This document shows positions 17,201-20,000 of a DNA stretch of 20,000 nucleotides, one piece after another. Under the pieces are notes generated by a model. It had not been told where the DNA came from. It did not search any database and worked only from the letters and a program-made list of their open reading frames with translations. Position 1 is the stretch's first letter, and every line of letters starts with the position of its first letter. The stretch comes from an uncultured virus (IMG/VR IMGVR_UViG_3300042389_001675). Lineage: Duplodnaviria; Heunggongvirae; Uroviricota; Caudoviricetes. A program made the position numbers and the translations under genes. Location of the stretch: the IMG/VR virus record IMGVR_UViG_3300042389_001675; one strand, written 5' to 3'.

Positions 17201-17388
17201 TCCTGTGCCGAGCGCCACCCGACCTGATTCAGCTGAAACGACACATCCCGGTATTTATCCGGATGTTGTCGTGCCACTTGCTGGAGCAGTGCCGATAGAC
17301 TTTTCTTGTCCAGTACACGATGATAATCGCGTAAATCCTCCGGCAAGGCGTCGTTTACCAGCAACTGCCCAACAGTGGTATTCAGCAT
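14293..17388 (-). CDS. rpoC: Phage multisubunit RNA polymerase beta' subunit, C-terminal half (~640 aa), fused to a ~390-aa non-RNAP tail
   Basis: beta' motifs in the correct order: TTVG, SGSRG, bridge helix SYSEGLTPEEYWAGTYGARRG...TQEAGFLSKQL, IRSP, trigger loop GEQVGLQAAQALSEPISQGQLSAKHSGG, VEAGDMLSDG, HRRNIELLARGL, DWMTQM..SGLKKSLLESVARG. SD GAGGA upstream. Confidence 0.92.
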   Translation of the reverse strand: MLNTTVGQLLVNDALPEDLRDYHRVLDKKSLSALLQQVARQHPDKYRDVSFQLNQVGWRSAQDQGGLSFGLRHLRRSKAANEIRQRITQQLAPILADDTLTEQQRNERIIRTVNNESSPQIKAVLQEAVDSGNPLGLQVLSGSRGKPMNLASLLGSDMLYTDHRDEVIPIPVLRSYSEGLTPEEYWAGTYGARRGIIATKFATQEAGFLSKQLNQAGHRLVVMGEEGDERPDAPVRGLIADTSDLDNEGALLARDTGPYKRNTPLTPKILKHLERLGKNRILIRSPLVGGSPEGGVYARDVGIRENGTLPGRGEQVGLQAAQALSEPISQGQLSAKHSGGVAGQEKAVGGFQYINQLIQVPKKMQGGAAHATVDGVVQRVEPAAAGGHYVMINDQKHYVGEGFELKIKKGDQVEAGDMLSDGIPNPALITQYKGVGEGRRYFVNEFRKAMAASGMQGHRRNIELLARGLINHVQLTEEIGDHVPDDIVPYSTLEHTYQPRSGHERLLPKQAVGQYLEAPVLHYTIGTKIRPSMLKDFDEFGVTTVPVHKNPPPFQPHMVRGMYQLQHDPDWMTQMYGSGLKKSLLESVARGGVSEERGTSFVPSLATGTDFGEVPDRAVVQPKPAYKLPSVALPETDPVLKQANMAADTLTRSLLGAGLGAGAGYLGHRAYQALNPAQTEEARKRQRNLSLAAGAGLGGLTGYLTTPLAAAKPAPANPPANLPAPANPPANPPANLPAPTNLPANLPAPTNLPANLPAPTNLPANLPAPTNLPVQSRGGMAVPPPSFAESAKPLPVLTDLPSPSSWQPEPTVSETTQTDLVNPSISSTEFAQSILPVNLQKNLAQVDILPVPLKLVSQLPQTTTNSLTMPTPMQAFNQAGMTGLETLGLSEAERRGMAYLGKKLLPLAQSQAQANPGWLSRLLPKLTGTVPRLAGPTNFALDLALPGRAATSAAGLRGGLPAVGATTLLNTAFELGDLAGLDGQRGWDWQQYENDLANRGTLSQMWKGFNNPLKSGIYEFSNLRYLPYLFR
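15071..15252. repeat. Coding tandem repeat, 30-bp unit (PANLPAPTNL on the minus strand)
   Basis: Four near-identical copies of GGYAGRTTGGTAGGTGCAGGCAAGTTAGCA at 15071-15190, followed by degenerate PANP/PANLPA subunits to ~15252. Confidence 0.95.
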
Positions 17389-17402
17389 CCCTGCGTCCTC
17401 AA

Positions 17403-18023
17403 TCAGTCGCCCTGGTCTACACCAAAAGCCTCAGCGACATCAGTCTCGGTGATTTCCTCTGCGGCTTTTCGGCGTCTGCCTTTTTTGGCTACCCGTTGTA
17501 CGGGTTCTTCAACTACCGGCTCTTCCGCTGCGGGCAAGTCTTCAATTACCGGAGCTTCTTCCTCGGCCGGAGCTTCTTCGACGACAGCGGTTACCGGCTC
17601 AGGCGCGGTGGCAGGCGCGGCCACCACAACGTCAGACACCGTAACTACGTACTGAATGCGATCGGCTTGTGCCCGTGTCAGGCGGTTTTGTCCGACCGCA
17701 AGGTCAATACCGGTTTTAGCTTTGCTGATCTGGATGGCGTCGCCAGTGACTTGAACAGCAGTGGCTCCGTCACCGAAGGCAGCAGTGACCGCAACCAGGA
17801 TCGGCGTATCGTCGCAAACCAACTCTACGCGCTTATCCAGCGTTGTCGCGACGGGTGCAACCGTGCGGGAAGCGTAATACTTGTCTGACGAAAAATGTCC
17901 GTCCCCCGGCCGCACAAAATAGGAAGCATGCGGGCGAGCATTACTACGCCCTTCGGCGGTTTCAATTGGTTTTACCTGTTGTTTGGCGCGGTAGTACGCG
18001 TCATCTGCGCTGCGATGAGCCAT
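17403..18023 (-). CDS. Hypothetical protein (206 aa) with acidic Glu/Pro/Ala-rich disordered C-terminus
   Basis: ATG 1 nt after the upstream TGA; lies between the two beta' genes. Confidence 0.75.
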   Translation of the reverse strand: MAHRSADDAYYRAKQQVKPIETAEGRSNARPHASYFVRPGDGHFSSDKYYASRTVAPVATTLDKRVELVCDDTPILVAVTAAFGDGATAVQVTGDAIQISKAKTGIDLAVGQNRLTRAQADRIQYVVTVSDVVVAAPATAPEPVTAVVEEAPAEEEAPVIEDLPAAEEPVVEEPVQRVAKKGRRRKAAEEITETDVAEAFGVDQGD

Positions 18024-18024
18024 C

Positions 18025-18252
18025 TCAAATTCTCACAATATCGGTAACGGTAGTCTCGTTAATTCCCAACTTTTTCAGATTTTCATTAAAGTTGGCATCC
18101 GCACAGTGTGAGACCAAGACACTGGCAGCTGTTCCAAACACGGCCGCCACGCTCACTGGCGTGCCGTCCGGTAAACGGATTACCACTTGACTGGCGGGGA
18201 TTCGCACAGGTGGTTTGCCGATACGGTCAAGTACTTCAACAATAAACGACAT
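18025..18252 (-). CDS. Small hypothetical protein (75 aa)
   Basis: ATG with SD-like TAAGGT overlapping the upstream stop; tightly packed on both sides. Confidence 0.72.
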   Translation of the reverse strand: MSFIVEVLDRIGKPPVRIPASQVVIRLPDGTPVSVAAVFGTAASVLVSHCADANFNENLKKLGINETTVTDIVRI

Positions 18253-18262
18253 TGCGTTTACC

Positions 18263-18877
18263 TTAATTTCTAGCCCGAGAGCGCAGCAGCAAAGCCGCAG
18301 CCTGACTGGCCGTACTCTGGGTATTGCGTTTAGCGGTTTCCAGGTCCGCGGGTGGAGTAAACGCTACCCCATATTCCCATTCGGCCGCTTTCATCGGCTC
18401 AATAGGCTGGATCTGGCCCAGGCCGCCACCGCCATTATCCGGTGTAGAGGCGGCATAACCGGCACCGCCCTGAGCAATCTGATTCAAATCTTCCGGTGTC
18501 GCCACCATATCCTGCGCTGGAATGTGGATTCCCAAGGCATCCACAATTTTTGCCAGCATTTTCTTAATCTGCATAATTTCGACATTCACGTCAATCTTGG
18601 GCTTGAGCCCTGGTCCAGCACCCTGCATGCCGCCACCTTGTGAGGCCATTGCCTGCTGCACTGCCATTTGAATCATCGGCATCATGGCGGTCATTGGGTC
18701 GCCGCCACCTGCCATCGCTGGATCCATTGGCGGTGCTCCACCCCCCGCCATCGCCGGATCCATTGGTGGCGTGCCGCCACCTGCCATCGCCGGATCGGTT
18801 GCGGCAACAAACGCCTGCTTTTGCAGGGTTGCGATATTCTGTTTAGCCTGCTGCAGCAGGTGAAGGTTAACGCCCAT
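18263..18877 (-). CDS. Hypothetical Met/Gly/Pro-rich protein (204 aa) with MDPAMAGGG repeats
   Basis: ATG with SD AGGAG; QKQA is followed by three DPAMAGGG repeats and then a helical segment; no Cys. Confidence 0.8.
   Translation of the reverse strand: MGVNLHLLQQAKQNIATLQKQAFVAATDPAMAGGGTPPMDPAMAGGGAPPMDPAMAGGGDPMTAMMPMIQMAVQQAMASQGGGMQGAGPGLKPKIDVNVEIMQIKKMLAKIVDALGIHIPAQDMVATPEDLNQIAQGGAGYAASTPDNGGGGLGQIQPIEPMKAAEWEYGVAFTPPADLETAKRNTQSTASQAAALLLRSRARN
18701..18796. repeat. Coding tandem repeat, 36-bp period (PPMDPAMAGGGx), ~3 copies
   Basis: GCCATCGCYGGATC at 18711, 18747 and 18783. Confidence 0.9.
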
Positions 18878-18886
18878 GAAAGACTC

Positions 18887-19999
18887 CTATGCGTCAAGGA
18901 TCTGGACCGAATCGTCAATTGAAAGTGTGCCGCGTGCGTATGCCCGCTTGGCATCCTGGATGGTACGAAAAATCTTTGGTGGTCGCTCGTTGCGCGCACG
19001 CGTGGCATGAAACAGGCCACCAATATATTCATTCGCCGGAGCATGCATCACGGATTTGAAATCACTCAGGCTAAAGAGATTCCGGCTTGGCAGCAGCCGC
19101 TCGTAGGCTTCTTGTACGGCCTTGTCGGTGCTGGGCACGTGGTAGTTCATAGCGTCACCGTCAAAGTCGGCGTTAAACCCTTTGACGATTAGCGGGCTTA
19201 CCTGCAGTGTATCACCTTTGGTAATTCGCGGCTTCATTGCCATGATTCCAAACTTGTGCAACACCGGCGCCCGGCTGATATACACAGGACGCTGATCCAT
19301 TTCTTCCATTAAAATCCGCCGCGCCAGTTGCGTCTTATCGGCAATCTGTTCCCGGGCTGCCCGCATGGACATACCCTGCCGTACCAGACGACGGGTCACA
19401 AACTTTTCGTAGGCTTTAAAGGCTTTCTCTTCCGGTAATCCCACCGAATCCATATCCAGATCCGGGTTGGGCGAAATCACGGCACGCCCGACATTGTCCA
19501 CCGTCGTGGAAATCAGTTTACGCTGGAGCGTACCAAATTTAGGACTGCTCCCGAACACCGATTTGAGCGCACCCTGTACATTTTTGTCCCGGCTTTTCTG
19601 ACTGATCGGATCACCCAGTCCCGTCACTGCCTTAAATGCGTTGTACGTCGCCAGGCGTTCGGCGTGGGCGGATTCCGCACCCAGCGCCTGCTGGATATCC
19701 TTGAGATTTTTGTTGGCTTCAAAAAGTTCTTTGTACAGGTAATTGGCGTCGTTAATCAGCGGCATATCGTTCGACATGAGACTGACAGGACGAAACTGAG
19801 GCGGCAATACCGGCACTTTGGTCAGGACATAGTCTTCGGGTTTTAGCCCCAGCTTTTTGATGCTCTTCAGGTAACCCAGCTTACGCACCGCACTGTCGCG
19901 CTCCGAGGCCCGCCCGGCGGCAATAATCGTACGAGCCTGTGCAATTTCCTTATCCACATTCATTCCGGCCAACGCCTTTTGAATGGCTTGCGGGCCGGA
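18887..19999 (-). CDS. rpoC: Phage multisubunit RNA polymerase beta' subunit, catalytic (N-terminal) half; 5' end lies outside the window
   Basis: Catalytic NADFDGD at 19154-19174; also VPVLPPQFRPV, DANYLY, KFGTLQRKLISTTVDNVGRAVI and SRAPVLHKFGIMA. The frame stays open upstream of the track's TTG (SGPQAIQKALAGMNV, matching beta' GAEAIQALL), so the true start is beyond 20000. Confidence 0.95.
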   Translation of the reverse strand, partial: SGPQAIQKALAGMNVDKEIAQARTIIAAGRASERDSAVRKLGYLKSIKKLGLKPEDYVLTKVPVLPPQFRPVSLMSNDMPLINDANYLYKELFEANKNLKDIQQALGAESAHAERLATYNAFKAVTGLGDPISQKSRDKNVQGALKSVFGSSPKFGTLQRKLISTTVDNVGRAVISPNPDLDMDSVGLPEEKAFKAYEKFVTRRLVRQGMSMRAAREQIADKTQLARRILMEEMDQRPVYISRAPVLHKFGIMAMKPRITKGDTLQVSPLIVKGFNADFDGDAMNYHVPSTDKAVQEAYERLLPSRNLFSLSDFKSVMHAPANEYIGGLFHATRARNERPPKIFRTIQDAKRAYARGTLSIDDSVQILDA

Positions 20000-20000
20000 A

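Noticed and set aside
17389..18886. Intron or split intein joining the two beta' halves
   Set aside because: Neither end has intein motifs, no homing endonuclease or reverse transcriptase is present, and the interval is filled by three normal genes.
72..19846. All plus-strand ORFs in the track, and the short nested minus-strand ORFs
   Set aside because: They are shadows of a nearly gap-free minus-strand gene set with good RBSs, and none shows a recognisable motif.
14293..19999. Bacterial chromosomal rpoC, or an rpoC pseudogene
   Set aside because: The sequence is strongly diverged and flanked by capsid genes rather than ribosomal protein genes. Both halves have intact catalytic motifs, and the second half has its own RBS.
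1..20000. Alternative genetic code (stop codon reassignment)
   Set aside because: Genes are long and unfragmented in code 11, and TAA and TGA stops are followed by RBS/start pairs. The single TAG is reported separately as a possible readthrough only.

Overview
This is a densely packed, entirely minus-strand gene cluster from a large tailed dsDNA phage; no bacterial housekeeping context is visible. In transcription order (right to left) it encodes a multisubunit RNA polymerase beta' split over two genes. The catalytic NADFDGD half runs off the window end. The bridge-helix/trigger-loop half carries a ~390-aa glycine-zipper/Pro-repeat tail, and three small genes lie between the halves. Next come several uncharacterised probable head or internal virion proteins, an intein-interrupted prohead protease, a scaffold-like protein, a probable decoration protein, an HK97-type major capsid protein, two small genes, a strong terminator, and a GT2 glycosyltransferase that runs off the window start and is missing from the ORF track. 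Three signals stand out. (1) Both RNAP pieces contain no cysteine at all, and the normally conserved Zn ligands are lost. (2) A K-x-A motif is strongly enriched in the head-module proteins. It occurs once in the capsid protein, near the N-terminus, and also at the RNAP/tail junction. (3) Gly-zipper and MDPAMAGG modules are shared between RNAP-associated and head proteins. Together these suggest, by inference only, a bacterial-like multisubunit virion RNAP that is packaged into the head, matured by the prohead protease and injected into the host. All functional calls come from motif recognition by eye; no searches were run.
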